A stretch of DNA of 64,000 nucleotides from an uncultured Muribaculaceae bacterium. GTDB taxonomy: Bacteria > Bacillota_I > Bacilli_A > RF39 > UBA660. The notes under the pieces are model-generated. The model ran no database searches. It was not told where the DNA came from and was given only the letters and a program-made list of their open reading frames with translations. The DNA is taken from the NCBI GenBank assembly GCA_964369845.1, contig CAYJFJ010000001.1:42044-106043 (forward strand). Direction: 5' to 3'. Position 1 is the first letter of the stretch; the number at the start of each line of letters is the position of its first letter. Shown in pieces: positions 49,315-59,650 of the stretch. Both the position numbers and the translations under genes were made by a program.

Positions 49315-50594
49315 AAAAAATTGAAATAAAAGGCTTAAATGAAGTTATTTACAAAGATACATGTGAAAATGGATTAGATGTATACATGTGGATAAATCCT
49401 AAAGTAAAAGCTAATTTTGCAGCTTTAGCAGTCAAATATGGATCTATTCATACTGAGTTTTCAATAAAAAACAAAACTTATAAAGTTCCAAATGGTATAG
49501 CACATTTTCTAGAACATATAAAGTTCAATGAAAAAGATGGAACGCAAGCTCATGATTTTTATTATAAAAATGGAGCAGAAGTAAATGCATTTACTACTTT
49601 TGATTATACAAGTTATCATATGTATTGTTTAAATAAATTTGAAGAAAATTTAGTGCATTTATTAGACTTTGTGCAAGAACCATTTTTTAACAAAACGATG
49701 ATTCAAAAAGAAAAAGGAATTATAATTGAAGAAGAAAAAATGGGAGAAGATGATCCAGATACATTAAATTATTTTGGAATATTTGAAAATTTATTTGAAA
49801 AATGCAAATATAAAAACTTAGTAACAGGAAATGTTGAAGATATAAAAAGTACATCGCTTGATGATATTGAAAAAGTATTTGATAATTTTTATCACCCAGA
49901 AAATATGTTTTTGGTGGTGACGGGAAATTTTAATCCATATGAAATAATGCAAGTTATTAAGGAAAATCAAAATAGTAAAGAATTTAGTAAATTCAAAAAT
50001 CCGAAAGTAATTACACCAAAAGAAAAAAATAAAGTATATAAAGAATATGTTGAAAAAGAGGCTAATGTAGTAATTCCTAAAATAAAAATTGGAGTAAAAG
50101 TCGAAAGAAAAAAATTAAAAGACTTTACTGATTTAGAACTTAGAAATTATTTAAATTTAGCTTTAAATATGAATTTTGGTAGTACAAGTGATTTTAAAGA
50201 TTTCTTAGAAGAAAATCATTTAGCAAGTAATATTAATGCAATGTGTGATATATATGATAATTATTTAGTAATAGTAGTAGCATTCGAATCAAGATTTGCA
50301 AATGAAGTTATTAAATTAGTAAAAGAAAAACTAGCATCCCTAGAAATTTGTGAAAATACTTTAAACAGAAAGAAAAAAGCACGTTTAGCAAGTTTAATTT
50401 TAGGTTATGATGATATAGAGAAAGTTAATTATAACCTGCAAGATATAATAATTAATTATAATGATGTAGTAGATGATCCTAAAGCATTATTTGAAAATAT
50501 AACTGTAGAAAAACTAACGAATATAATTAAATGTATTGATTTTACTAATGTTACAACACATGTATTAAAACCAAAAGAGGCAAGTAATGAATAA
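49311..50594 (+). CDS. M16-family (insulinase-like) zinc peptidase, catalytic subunit
   Basis: HFLEHIKFN (inverted zincin HxxEH). Downstream E in NGAEVNAFT. Confidence 0.7.
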   Translation: MKKIEIKGLNEVIYKDTCENGLDVYMWINPKVKANFAALAVKYGSIHTEFSIKNKTYKVPNGIAHFLEHIKFNEKDGTQAHDFYYKNGAEVNAFTTFDYTSYHMYCLNKFEENLVHLLDFVQEPFFNKTMIQKEKGIIIEEEKMGEDDPDTLNYFGIFENLFEKCKYKNLVTGNVEDIKSTSLDDIEKVFDNFYHPENMFLVVTGNFNPYEIMQVIKENQNSKEFSKFKNPKVITPKEKNKVYKEYVEKEANVVIPKIKIGVKVERKKLKDFTDLELRNYLNLALNMNFGSTSDFKDFLEENHLASNINAMCDIYDNYLVIVVAFESRFANEVIKLVKEKLASLEICENTLNRKKKARLASLILGYDDIEKVNYNLQDIIINYNDVVDDPKALFENITVEKLTNIIKCIDFTNVTTHVLKPKEASNE

Positions 50595-51075
50595 AATTTC
50601 TGAAACTTTAAAGTGGATGGAAAAAAACGCTTTGAATAGTAATGAACCAAAAAGAATAGCAACTGTAGTAGTTCCTATATATGAAAATGATGAAGTTGTT
50701 GCCTATAAATCTTGTGAATGCATTATAGTAAGGGAAAATATAGTTGATCAAAGAAATAAAGATTTAAAAAGTTATGATATAAAACTATATAATGATGAAA
50801 AAGAGACTGTGTACGTAAACGTAAGAGAAATATTTTTAAACTCTATCTCTGGAATTGATGGAGTTATATCTGCACATAAAAAAAATATGTTAATTTTAAA
50901 AAGAGGCGTGGAAAACTTAAATTCTTACGAAAAAGAAATTAAAGAAGCAGAAATTGTAAATAAAATTAACGAGTATGTTAAGTTTAATCCTGATGAAGAC
51001 ATAGAAAAAAAATATGACCCAAAGCCTAAAGTTCACAGATTAGATTTCTCTGAATTAAATAAAAAATATTTTTAA
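50587..51075 (+). CDS. Hypothetical protein of 162 aa. Translationally coupled to the M16 pair.
   Basis: Overlapping start. No recognisable motif. Confidence 0.4.
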   Translation: MNKISETLKWMEKNALNSNEPKRIATVVVPIYENDEVVAYKSCECIIVRENIVDQRNKDLKSYDIKLYNDEKETVYVNVREIFLNSISGIDGVISAHKKNMLILKRGVENLNSYEKEIKEAEIVNKINEYVKFNPDEDIEKKYDPKPKVHRLDFSELNKKYF

Positions 51076-51117
51076 AGTAATAATAAAAAAATCACTCCGT
51101 TAAGGGTGATTTTTGTT

Positions 51118-51930
51118 TTATCTATTTTTACTATTAGTGATATAATGTTCTTCATTAAGAGAACTATTTTTATAATCATCAAGTTGAACTAAATTAGATT
51201 GAATACTTTCTAAGCGTTTTCTTTCTTCATTAATTTTTTCTAAATCTAATTCAGTTTTAGTTTTAGGAACGTGGTCAAGATGTTCAATATTTATAGGAGA
51301 AACAGGGTTATACTTCTTAGAAGAATATTTAACTTTAGATATTTTATTATTCTTAGTAATAACTTCAAAATTATTATCAACAAAGTTAGATATTGAATTT
51401 TCATCAATAACTTTATCAGTTCTCATAAAATCTATTTCATATTTTACGCTTCCCTTTAAAAGTTTTTTATAATTACCTGAACCTAAGTTAATTAATACAT
51501 TACTCAAGTTTTCATATAATTTATTTTTATAACTGGCTTTCGTATAAGTTAAATTTGTAATAAAACCTTTTCTTTCTAAATGTTTTAAAGAAGCAAGAAC
51601 TAAGCTTTGACTATAAGTTTGGTAATTTTCATGTGGTTTCATATCTAAAAATAAGTTAATCATTTCTGTTTTGAAGTATTCACTTTTATGCTTGACTCCC
51701 ATAACTTTAAACATATTAAAACTTATTTTTTGAGAAATAACATTCTCTTTAGAAATACCAAATAATTCAGATTTTCTATTTTTGTATATTAATTTATCTT
51801 TAAGTGCAAACATTGAGGGAAATAACACTGTATATATTAATGTAAGTGGAGGATTGATTGCTAAAAGAGCAGTATATAAACTAGCTGAAATAATAATTGG
51901 TAATTTAGATTTAATTTTCTCTTTCATCAT
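51118..51930 (-). CDS. Hypothetical membrane-associated protein of 270 aa
   Basis: N-terminal hydrophobic segments. Downstream of rpsD on the same strand. Confidence 0.4.
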   Translation of the reverse strand: MMKEKIKSKLPIIISASLYTALLAINPPLTLIYTVLFPSMFALKDKLIYKNRKSELFGISKENVISQKISFNMFKVMGVKHKSEYFKTEMINLFLDMKPHENYQTYSQSLVLASLKHLERKGFITNLTYTKASYKNKLYENLSNVLINLGSGNYKKLLKGSVKYEIDFMRTDKVIDENSISNFVDNNFEVITKNNKISKVKYSSKKYNPVSPINIEHLDHVPKTKTELDLEKINEERKRLESIQSNLVQLDDYKNSSLNEEHYITNSKNR

Positions 51931-51985
51931 ATACTCCTAATATAAAGATTATAACATAAAAAAAACTGCGATGCAGTCTTTTTTA

Positions 51986-52588
51986 TTATCTATTGTAGAA
52001 TTCTACGATTAATTGTTCATTAACTTCTTGGTTAAGTTCACTTCTTTCAGGGAATCTAACATATTTTCCAACTTTTGATTTTTTATCAAATTCAACGAAA
52101 GCTGGAGTAGAAAGATTAACTTCTAAAGCATCAACTACTGCTGGATGATTTAAAGATCTTTCTTTAATAGTTATAACATCTCCTGGTTTACAAGTGTAAG
52201 AAGGAATATCAACTTTGCTACCATTAACTAAAATATGTCCATGGTTAACAATTTGTCTTGAACTTCTTCTTGTTCTAGCCATACCTAATCTATAAACAAC
52301 GTTATCTAATCTTGATTCTAAAAGTATTAAAAGGTTAATACCAGTAATACCATTCATATGAGCAGCTCTATCGAAAGTTTTTCTGAATTGTTTTTCAGTT
52401 AAACCATACATAGTTCTAACTTTTTGTTTTTCTTGTAACTGAACACCGTAGTCACTAAGTTTTCTACGACGATCTTGACCATGAGCACCAGGTGCATAAG
52501 GTCTTTTAGCTAAGTCTTTACCATTTTCAAGAGTAGAAAATCCTAATCTTCTAGATTTTTTATAAGCTGGTCCTGTATATCTTGACAT
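51986..52588 (-). CDS. rpsD: 30S ribosomal protein S4
   Basis: Segments [18 protein letters not shown] and [14 protein letters not shown] (S4 domain). Confidence 0.9.
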   Translation of the reverse strand: MSRYTGPAYKKSRRLGFSTLENGKDLAKRPYAPGAHGQDRRRKLSDYGVQLQEKQKVRTMYGLTEKQFRKTFDRAAHMNGITGINLLILLESRLDNVVYRLGMARTRRSSRQIVNHGHILVNGSKVDIPSYTCKPGDVITIKERSLNHPAVVDALEVNLSTPAFVEFDKKSKVGKYVRFPERSELNQEVNEQLIVEFYNR

Positions 52589-52852
52589 CTTATTTTCTCC
52601 TTTCTTTTTATTACAAAGCCTTAGTCTTGTTTAATTTTCATTATAGGGAGTTTAATTAATTTCACTAGGGCAGTCCTAGCTACTTTATTTTGAATAAACA
52701 CATTACAATAAAAATGTAAACCCTGCCAAAAGAATTGCACATATATTATATAGTTTTATTACTTATTTGTCAATAAATAAAAAAACTTTTATCAAGAAGT
52801 ACAAAAAGTACTTGTTTTGTGTTAAAATAAAAATAACAAGGGTGAATAAAAT

Positions 52853-54568
52853 ATGAGTAAAGAAACTTTTATACTAATAGCAAGTGCGTATTATATTTTT
52901 TCAATTATGTTAATAATTGGTGTTTTAGTGTTCATAAATCATAAGCAAAAGAAAAAGTTTAAAAAGGAAATAGAAAAACTAGAAAGAGAGAAGAACTTGA
53001 TAATATCAGCTTCGATACTTTCAGAACTAAATAAAGTAGAATCTTTAGCTAATAATGATGATCTTAAAAGTAAATTTGATAATTGGAAAGAAAGATTTAA
53101 TGAAATTAAAGAAGCAGATTTATCAAAGATAACAGATGAAATTAATGATATTGAAACATTATTTATAGAAAAAAACTTTAAAGAACTTAAAAATGTAATA
53201 TTATCCACTGAAGTTAATCTTAACAGAATTAAAACTAAATCGGACTTTTTATTAGAAGAAATAAAAGAAATAACATTATCTGAAGAACGTAATAGAGAAA
53301 CTATAACTAATTTAAAAACTGAATATAGAGATATACAAAGATTGTACAAAGATGATGAACATAGTTTTGATTTGATAAGAACACCTATAGAGCTTCAATT
53401 TGAAAACGTAGATAAACTATTTATAGCTTTTGAAGATTTAATGGAAAAGAATGAATATACTGAAGTTGGAAAAGTTGTTAAAGCAGTAGCAGACTTAGTA
53501 GGTAATTTAAAAGTCGTAGTTACTGAGACAAAACCAATAATAAATTTAGGTAAAAATTTGATTCCTAAAAAAATTGAAGAAGTAATGTTTATTGAAAGTA
53601 GACTTGAAAAAGAAGGTTATAGTTTAGAGTATTTAAATATAGAATATAATAAAAATGAAGCAGAAAAAAAGATAGCAGACGTATTTCAAAGACTAAATGT
53701 GCTTAACTTAGAAGATTCTTTATTTGAACTTAAAACAATGTATGATTATTTTGATTCATTAATAAGTGATTTTGAGAAAGAAAGAATTGCTAAGAAAAAT
53801 TTTGAAGAACATGTAAGAACAGTTATTTTAAAAGCAAGTAAACTTGAAAAATATAATAATGAACTTTTAAGAAAAATAGATGATATAAAATATAGTTATG
53901 ATTTATCTGATGATGATGCAATGATTATATTTGAGCTTCGTGATGAGCTATCTTTAATTAGAGAAACATATGATAGATTAATAGATACACATAGAAATAG
54001 AAATGTACCATATACTAAGTTATCTAAAGAAATGGATAATATTAATTTAAAATTATCTAAAGCAGAAGAAAAACTTAACTTAGCACTTAGAACTTTAGGA
54101 AGTTTAAAAGAAGATGAAAAAAGAGCTAGAGAGCAGCTTGAAGAAATCAAAAAAATATTATTTACTGCTAAAGAAAAAGTAAGGTCATATAAACTACCTA
54201 CGATACCTAAAAATTATTATGTAGAGTTATCTGAGGCTATGCAGGCAATAGATATATTAAGTGATGAACTTGATAAAAGACCTATATCTATAAAAGTGCT
54301 TAATACAAGAGTAGATACAACAAGAGATTTAGTTTTAAAAGTATATAATACGATAAATGAAACTATTAAAACGGCAAAAATGGCAGAATCTGCAATAATA
54401 TATGGAAATAGATATAGATTAACAAATAAAGAAGTGGATTTTGGTTTAACTAAAGCTGAAAATTTATTTTATAAAGGAAGTTTCAAAAATAGTTTAGAAA
54501 ATGCAATAAATGCAATAAACATCATTGAGCCAGGAATACATAAAAGACTATTGGAGGAATATAGATGA
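52853..54568 (+). CDS. ezrA: Septation ring formation regulator EzrA
   Basis: N-terminal TM helix. About 570 aa of coiled coil. C-terminal ...YGNRYR... patch like B. subtilis EzrA. Synteny with rpsD. Confidence 0.75.
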   Translation: MSKETFILIASAYYIFSIMLIIGVLVFINHKQKKKFKKEIEKLEREKNLIISASILSELNKVESLANNDDLKSKFDNWKERFNEIKEADLSKITDEINDIETLFIEKNFKELKNVILSTEVNLNRIKTKSDFLLEEIKEITLSEERNRETITNLKTEYRDIQRLYKDDEHSFDLIRTPIELQFENVDKLFIAFEDLMEKNEYTEVGKVVKAVADLVGNLKVVVTETKPIINLGKNLIPKKIEEVMFIESRLEKEGYSLEYLNIEYNKNEAEKKIADVFQRLNVLNLEDSLFELKTMYDYFDSLISDFEKERIAKKNFEEHVRTVILKASKLEKYNNELLRKIDDIKYSYDLSDDDAMIIFELRDELSLIRETYDRLIDTHRNRNVPYTKLSKEMDNINLKLSKAEEKLNLALRTLGSLKEDEKRAREQLEEIKKILFTAKEKVRSYKLPTIPKNYYVELSEAMQAIDILSDELDKRPISIKVLNTRVDTTRDLVLKVYNTINETIKTAKMAESAIIYGNRYRLTNKEVDFGLTKAENLFYKGSFKNSLENAINAINIIEPGIHKRLLEEYR

Positions 54569-55692
54569 TATATTTAGATTATAGTGCAACAACACCAGTT
54601 TCACTAGAAGTGCAAGATGCAGTTAATAAAGCAACAAATGAGTTTATTGGAAATCCAAATTCGCTAAATGCACTTGGAAAAAAATCAAAAGATTTAATGG
54701 AAAGTGCAATAGAGCAAATATCAGAAATACTAACTTGTCAAAAAGAAGAACTTATATTTACAAGTGGAGCAACTGAATCTAATAACATGGCTTTAATAGG
54801 TTCAGCCCTTGCAAATCATAAGTGGGGAAAACATATAATAACAACAAGACTAGAACATCCTAGTATATATGCTATTTGTGATTATTTACAGTCTATTGGT
54901 TTTGAAATAGATTATGTAGATAATGATGAAGAAGGTTTAGTAGATTTTGAAAAATTAAAAAAACTAATTAGAGAAGATACAATTTTAGTAAGTGTATGCG
55001 GGGTAAACTCAGAGCTTGGTATTAGGCAGCCTCTTAAAATGATTAAACAAATAATCAAAAAAGAAAATCCAAATACATATTTACATTCAGATTTAACGCA
55101 AGGAATTGGTAAATTTCCAATGAATATATATGATGTTGATTTAGCAAGTTTTTCAGCTCATAAAATATATGGACCTAAAGGAATAGGGTTATTTTATAAA
55201 GCAAAAAGTATTAAATCAACACCACTTATGTATGGATCTGGAAAGTTTGAATATTTAAAACCAGGAACTCCAGCACTACCACTTATCGTAGGTTTTTCAA
55301 AAGCTTTAAGATTATCTCAAGTAGAACTTGAAAAAAGAATAAATTTTATTGAAAGATTAAATGAAAAACTAGTATATGAATTCGAAAGCATTGAAGGAAT
55401 AAAAGTTAATAAAACTAAATATTCTATACCACAAATATTAAATATAAGTTTACTTAACATAAGACCTGAAACTTTTATAAGAGCAATGGATGAACATGAA
55501 ATATATTTAAGTACAAATACAGCGTGTGCATCAGGAGAAAAATCTCCATCTATTATGGCTGTTTATAAAGATTCAAAAAGAGCAGAAACATCAATAAGAA
55601 TAAGTATATCTCATTTAACAAGTTTAGATGAAATAAATAGATTTATAAAAACATTTAAAGAAGAATATCAAAAACTAAATACACTGAAATAA
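54565..55692 (+). CDS. Cysteine desulfurase (NifS/IscS class V aminotransferase), the thiI-associated NifZ-like enzyme
   Basis: PLP lysine context SFSAHKIYGPKGIGLFY. Motif LSTNTACASGE. Synteny with thiI. Confidence 0.8.
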   Translation: MIYLDYSATTPVSLEVQDAVNKATNEFIGNPNSLNALGKKSKDLMESAIEQISEILTCQKEELIFTSGATESNNMALIGSALANHKWGKHIITTRLEHPSIYAICDYLQSIGFEIDYVDNDEEGLVDFEKLKKLIREDTILVSVCGVNSELGIRQPLKMIKQIIKKENPNTYLHSDLTQGIGKFPMNIYDVDLASFSAHKIYGPKGIGLFYKAKSIKSTPLMYGSGKFEYLKPGTPALPLIVGFSKALRLSQVELEKRINFIERLNEKLVYEFESIEGIKVNKTKYSIPQILNISLLNIRPETFIRAMDEHEIYLSTNTACASGEKSPSIMAVYKDSKRAETSIRISISHLTSLDEINRFIKTFKEEYQKLNTLK

Positions 55693-55757
55693 ATTTTCGG
55701 TGTTTTTATTTACAAAAAATTTAATTTTTGTTATTATTTATATAGTAAAGAGGATAT

Positions 55758-57458
55758 ATGAAAAAGATAAAAGAAGTTTTAAAAAAATTGAAACCAGATA
55801 CAAAATTCAAAAAATTTATAACTACTCAGTTAGTATTAATAGTTATAGTTTTCTTATTTTTAATATTTACTGGTTCATTTGCATACCTAGGAAATCTAAT
55901 CGGAGATGGAATAAATACAATTACAAATATAAATTCATATAATCCAAGCGAAAGAAGATTCTTCTTTACGCCCCATGATCCAGTTCCTTTTGGAGTAAGT
56001 ACAAGTGGTTTTGCAGATGGAAGTGGATCTATAACTAATGAAAAAGACCAGCTTGCAACTTTAATTAAAGGAGAAGCTGAGTCTAGCGCTACCGAAAACT
56101 ATAGTGTATATGTAGATTTATCAAATAATACATTTATTTATACTACAGCAGCTAAAACAGCAGAGCTTCTACTAAACGTAGTAGATCCAGAAGGAAATGA
56201 AGTTACATCGATTGCTGGACTTACAAGAGTGACAGTAACTGATGCCACTGGTAAAAGTTATACAGGCTTTGATATAACTGAAATAAACAGAATGATTAGA
56301 ATAATAGAAAACAGAAGTATTACAACTACAAGCCAAAAAGAAGAAGAGTGGACAATGTCAGTTACATTTGTAGATTTACCTAGTAGTCAAACGAGTAACG
56401 CAAATAAAGATTTAGATATCGATATACATTTTCAAAAAGAAGCATACCCACATTTAATAGTAAATGCTGAAAATACATATTATATAGGACCTAATGTTAG
56501 TTTTGATTGTGAAGGAGCAGGAGCTAGATGGGATGCTGCTACTAACAGTTTAATAGTGTCTTCACTTAATGCCGTAGGTGAGTGTACACTTACCCAAAAC
56601 AAAAATGAATCAGCAACACCTTTAGATGATTATATAGTATCTTTGTCAGGAACTACTCAAGGAACAGGAGAAGTAGTAAATGAAAATGGCTATAGATATG
56701 AGGGTAAAAATCCTAATAACTATATATGGTTTAATGAAGAGTTGTGGCGAGTAATTGGAGTATTTGATACAGTGCTTGCAGACGGAACAACTACAGAAAG
56801 GCTTACTAAAATTATAAAAGCAGATTCGATAGGCAGTTATGCCTGGGATTCTGAAAATGTAAATAACTGGAATGAATCGACATTAAAAGCACTGCTTAAT
56901 ACAAGTTACTTAAATAGTGAAAATGGAACAGGAACTGAAAACTGTTACGGTTATAGAGCGAGCGTGCCAACTAATTGTGATTATACACAAAATGGAATAA
57001 AAAATGAGTATAAATCGATGATAGAAAACGTAACATGGAATCTTGGAGGTTTTTCATCAAGTAGCACAGCTGCATCAGCAGTATTTGCAGCAGAAAGAGG
57101 TACTACAGTGTACACAGGCAACCCTACTACAGGAACTGGATATATTGGATTAATGTATCCAAGTGATTATATGTATTCAAGTTTAGAAAGTAGCTGCTCA
57201 AGAACTACAACGTTTAATAATTATGATTCTAGTTCATGTGCAGGAGCAAACTGGATGTACGGAGAAGGTTATGAATGGACGTTAGCGCCTGTCTCTTCCA
57301 GCTCTGTGCTTGCGTGGGATCTGAGGAATGGTGGTTACGGCAATGGCACCGATTCGAGAAGCGGGGATGGCGTGCGCCCTGTCTTGTATTTAAACTCTGA
57401 GGTGAAGTACTTGGATGGAGCGGGAAGCGAAGCGGATCCGCTTATCGTAGAAATGTAA
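55758..57458 (+). CDS. Signal-anchored surface protein, paralog A, with a C-terminal conserved lectin-like domain (WTLxP...GVRPVLYL)
   Basis: N-terminal TM helix followed by GSFAYLGN (resembles a SipW-cognate motif). T/S/G-rich extracellular region. The C-terminal ~270 aa are more than 85% identical to paralog B, and stretches of the nucleotide sequence are identical. Confidence 0.5.
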   Translation: MKKIKEVLKKLKPDTKFKKFITTQLVLIVIVFLFLIFTGSFAYLGNLIGDGINTITNINSYNPSERRFFFTPHDPVPFGVSTSGFADGSGSITNEKDQLATLIKGEAESSATENYSVYVDLSNNTFIYTTAAKTAELLLNVVDPEGNEVTSIAGLTRVTVTDATGKSYTGFDITEINRMIRIIENRSITTTSQKEEEWTMSVTFVDLPSSQTSNANKDLDIDIHFQKEAYPHLIVNAENTYYIGPNVSFDCEGAGARWDAATNSLIVSSLNAVGECTLTQNKNESATPLDDYIVSLSGTTQGTGEVVNENGYRYEGKNPNNYIWFNEELWRVIGVFDTVLADGTTTERLTKIIKADSIGSYAWDSENVNNWNESTLKALLNTSYLNSENGTGTENCYGYRASVPTNCDYTQNGIKNEYKSMIENVTWNLGGFSSSSTAASAVFAAERGTTVYTGNPTTGTGYIGLMYPSDYMYSSLESSCSRTTTFNNYDSSSCAGANWMYGEGYEWTLAPVSSSSVLAWDLRNGGYGNGTDSRSGDGVRPVLYLNSEVKYLDGAGSEADPLIVEM

Positions 57459-57467
57459 TTAGGGAAG

Positions 57468-57513
57468 GTGACGAATTTGACGGTCTTTTTGGCCGTCCGT
57501 CACCCGACTTTTG
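57468..57513 (+). terminator. GC-rich 3' hairpin conserved after both paralogs
   Basis: gtgacgaatttGACGGtctttttggCCGTCcgtcacccgacttttg. The near-identical copy is at 59660..59705. Confidence 0.5.
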
Positions 57514-57559
57514 AAATAGAGGATGAGAATGAAAGAAACAAAATGTGAACCGAACGTAA

Positions 57560-57943
57560 ATTCGGGGAGGTACCTTATTTTTAACTTTACATAAAAATAA
57601 AAGCAAATTCATTAGTGTTTACAATGAAGATGCGGTTATAGTCAGTTTTTTGTTAGGTTATAAAATAATAGATAATATAAAATGTGGTTTTCCAGATAAT
57701 GCTCTTGATAAAGTTATAGTAAAACTTGAAAACGCTAATATATCTTATTAAGTTATAGATGAAACAGGATTGATTTTAAAAAGTAAAAATATTAAATTGA
57801 ATAAGTATAATAATGTATATGATAAAGCCAAGAAAAATATAGAAATTATAACTAGAATAAATTTATTCTTAAAAAAACTAGAAAAATTAGAAATTAATAA
57901 TATTGAAAATTTATTAGATAGGTTAGATAAATGTTTGGAGTAA
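57560..57943 (+). pseudogene. Decayed gene fragment: a 127-codon frame with no start codon and an internal TAA at 57749-57751. Weak resemblance to MutS mismatch-recognition domain I.
   Basis: The frame opens straight after a stop codon. Translation: ...KFISVYNEDAVIVSFLLGYKIIDNIKCGFPDNALDKVIVKLENANISY*VIDETG... Compare MutS domain I: FYELF.DDA...LLDI.LT.R...IPMAGIPYHA...YL.KLV..G..VAICEQ. Confidence 0.25.
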
Positions 57944-58194
57944 TAAATAAAGAAATGATTTTAATTACTAAATTAAAGTCATTTATAGAATTTTTAGAAA
58001 ACTCAATTTGCAATATCCCTAGAAAAGATGAATTTTACAAATTAGAAATAAGAAAAAGTTATATTTCAATATATAAAAATGTTAATGTCATCAATTTCGA
58101 ACACTTAGAAATTAAAAAGTATAGATTGTTAATTTTAGCTGATATATCATATTTAATGTATTTGTTAGAGATTATTTTAAAAAAAGATATATAA
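57931..58194 (+). CDS. Small ORF of 87 aa in the AT-rich spacer. Doubtful.
   Basis: About 20% GC region. No RBS evident. Overlaps the end of the decayed frame. Confidence 0.2.
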   Translation: MFGVINKEMILITKLKSFIEFLENSICNIPRKDEFYKLEIRKSYISIYKNVNVINFEHLEIKKYRLLILADISYLMYLLEIILKKDI

Positions 58195-58519
58195 ATGAAA
58201 AAAATGCTGAAAAACTAATTTATAAGTTAACTGAAATTAATAAAATATTTAATAGATGGGTTAAAAGTATAAATAAAAGATAAATATATATTACTAAAAA
58301 GATTATATCCTAATTGTTTATTTTTAATAAAAAAGAAAAGTAAATTATATACATATGAAATTGATAAGAAAATATTTGATAAATATAATTTTTAAAAAAT
58401 AAGTCGTATAATAGAAGAAAATTTCAATTTAAAATTTGAAAATCACAATAATTATAAAATTTATTATTTTAAAATTAATTTAATAAATAATTTAGAAAAA
58501 ATGAAGGAGAAAATAAAAT

Positions 58520-59650
58520 ATGAATAAGAAAATTTTTCTGATTTTAACAGGAATAATACTTACTGTAACTACAATTTTTTTAATTAACTTACCTAAAGAT
58601 AAAACATTTTATATTGATGGAATTAAGTTTGCAGTAAATTTAGATGATACTCCTGTTAATGACTTTCCAGCAAAAGGTAACTACAGAGTAGATGTATCCT
58701 GTTCTAATGCAGTAGGAAGATGGCTTTATGATTCATGGGAATTAAAAGTTGATTCTATAACTGATACTGCTTCTTGTTATATTGATTTTTATACACAAAC
58801 GCAGACTATTATGCTTGATGATCACATAGTATCTTTGTCAGGAACTACACAAGGAACTGGTGAAGTAGTAAATGAAAATGGATATAGATATGAAGGAAAA
58901 AATCCAAATAACTATATATGGTTTAATGAAGAGATGTGGAGAGTAATAGGTGTATTTGATACAACACTTGCAGATGGAACAACTACAGAAAGGCTTACTA
59001 AAATTATAAAAGCAGATTCGATAGGCAGTTATGCCTGGGATTCTGAAAATGTAAATAACTGGAATGAATCGACATTAAAATCACTACTTAATACAAGTTA
59101 TTTAAATAGTGAAAATGGAACAGGAACTGAAAACTGTTATGGTTATAGTACGAGCGTGCCAACTAATTGTGATTATTCGCAAAGTGGAATAAAAAATGAA
59201 TATAAATCAATGATAGAAAATGTAACATGGAACCTTGGAAGTTTTTCATCGGGTATCACAACTGCATCAGCACTCTTTGCAGCAGAAAGAGGTACTACAG
59301 TGTACACAGGCAACCCTACTACAGGAACAGGATATATTGGCTTAATGTATCCAAGTGATTATATGTATTCAAGTTTAGAAAGTAGCTGCTCAAGAACTAC
59401 AACGTTTTCTAGTTATGGTTCTAGTTCATGTGCAGGAGCAAATTGGATGTATGGAGAAGGTTATGAATGGACGTTATCGCCTAACTCTTCCAACTCTTTG
59501 TATACATGGTACCTGAGAAACGGTGGTTTCGGCTCTATCAGCAGTTCGAGTAACGAGAATGGTGCGCGTCCTGTCTTATATCTAAACTCTGAGGTGAAAT
59601 ACTTGGACGGAGCGGGAAGCGAAGCGGATCCGCTAATTGTAGAAATGTAA
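58520..59650 (+). CDS. Signal-anchored surface protein, paralog B, with the same C-terminal lectin-like domain
   Basis: RBS GGAGA. N-terminus MNKKIFLILTGIILTVTTIFLI. The C-terminal 270 aa are paralogous to 55758..57458. Confidence 0.5.
   Translation: MNKKIFLILTGIILTVTTIFLINLPKDKTFYIDGIKFAVNLDDTPVNDFPAKGNYRVDVSCSNAVGRWLYDSWELKVDSITDTASCYIDFYTQTQTIMLDDHIVSLSGTTQGTGEVVNENGYRYEGKNPNNYIWFNEEMWRVIGVFDTTLADGTTTERLTKIIKADSIGSYAWDSENVNNWNESTLKSLLNTSYLNSENGTGTENCYGYSTSVPTNCDYSQSGIKNEYKSMIENVTWNLGSFSSGITTASALFAAERGTTVYTGNPTTGTGYIGLMYPSDYMYSSLESSCSRTTTFSSYGSSSCAGANWMYGEGYEWTLSPNSSNSLYTWYLRNGGFGSISSSSNENGARPVLYLNSEVKYLDGAGSEADPLIVEM

Noticed and set aside
55700-55942. 80-aa + ORF upstream of and overlapping paralog A
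   Set aside because: It is out of frame with the better-supported 55758 start and covers the intergenic region plus the signal anchor. It is likely spurious.
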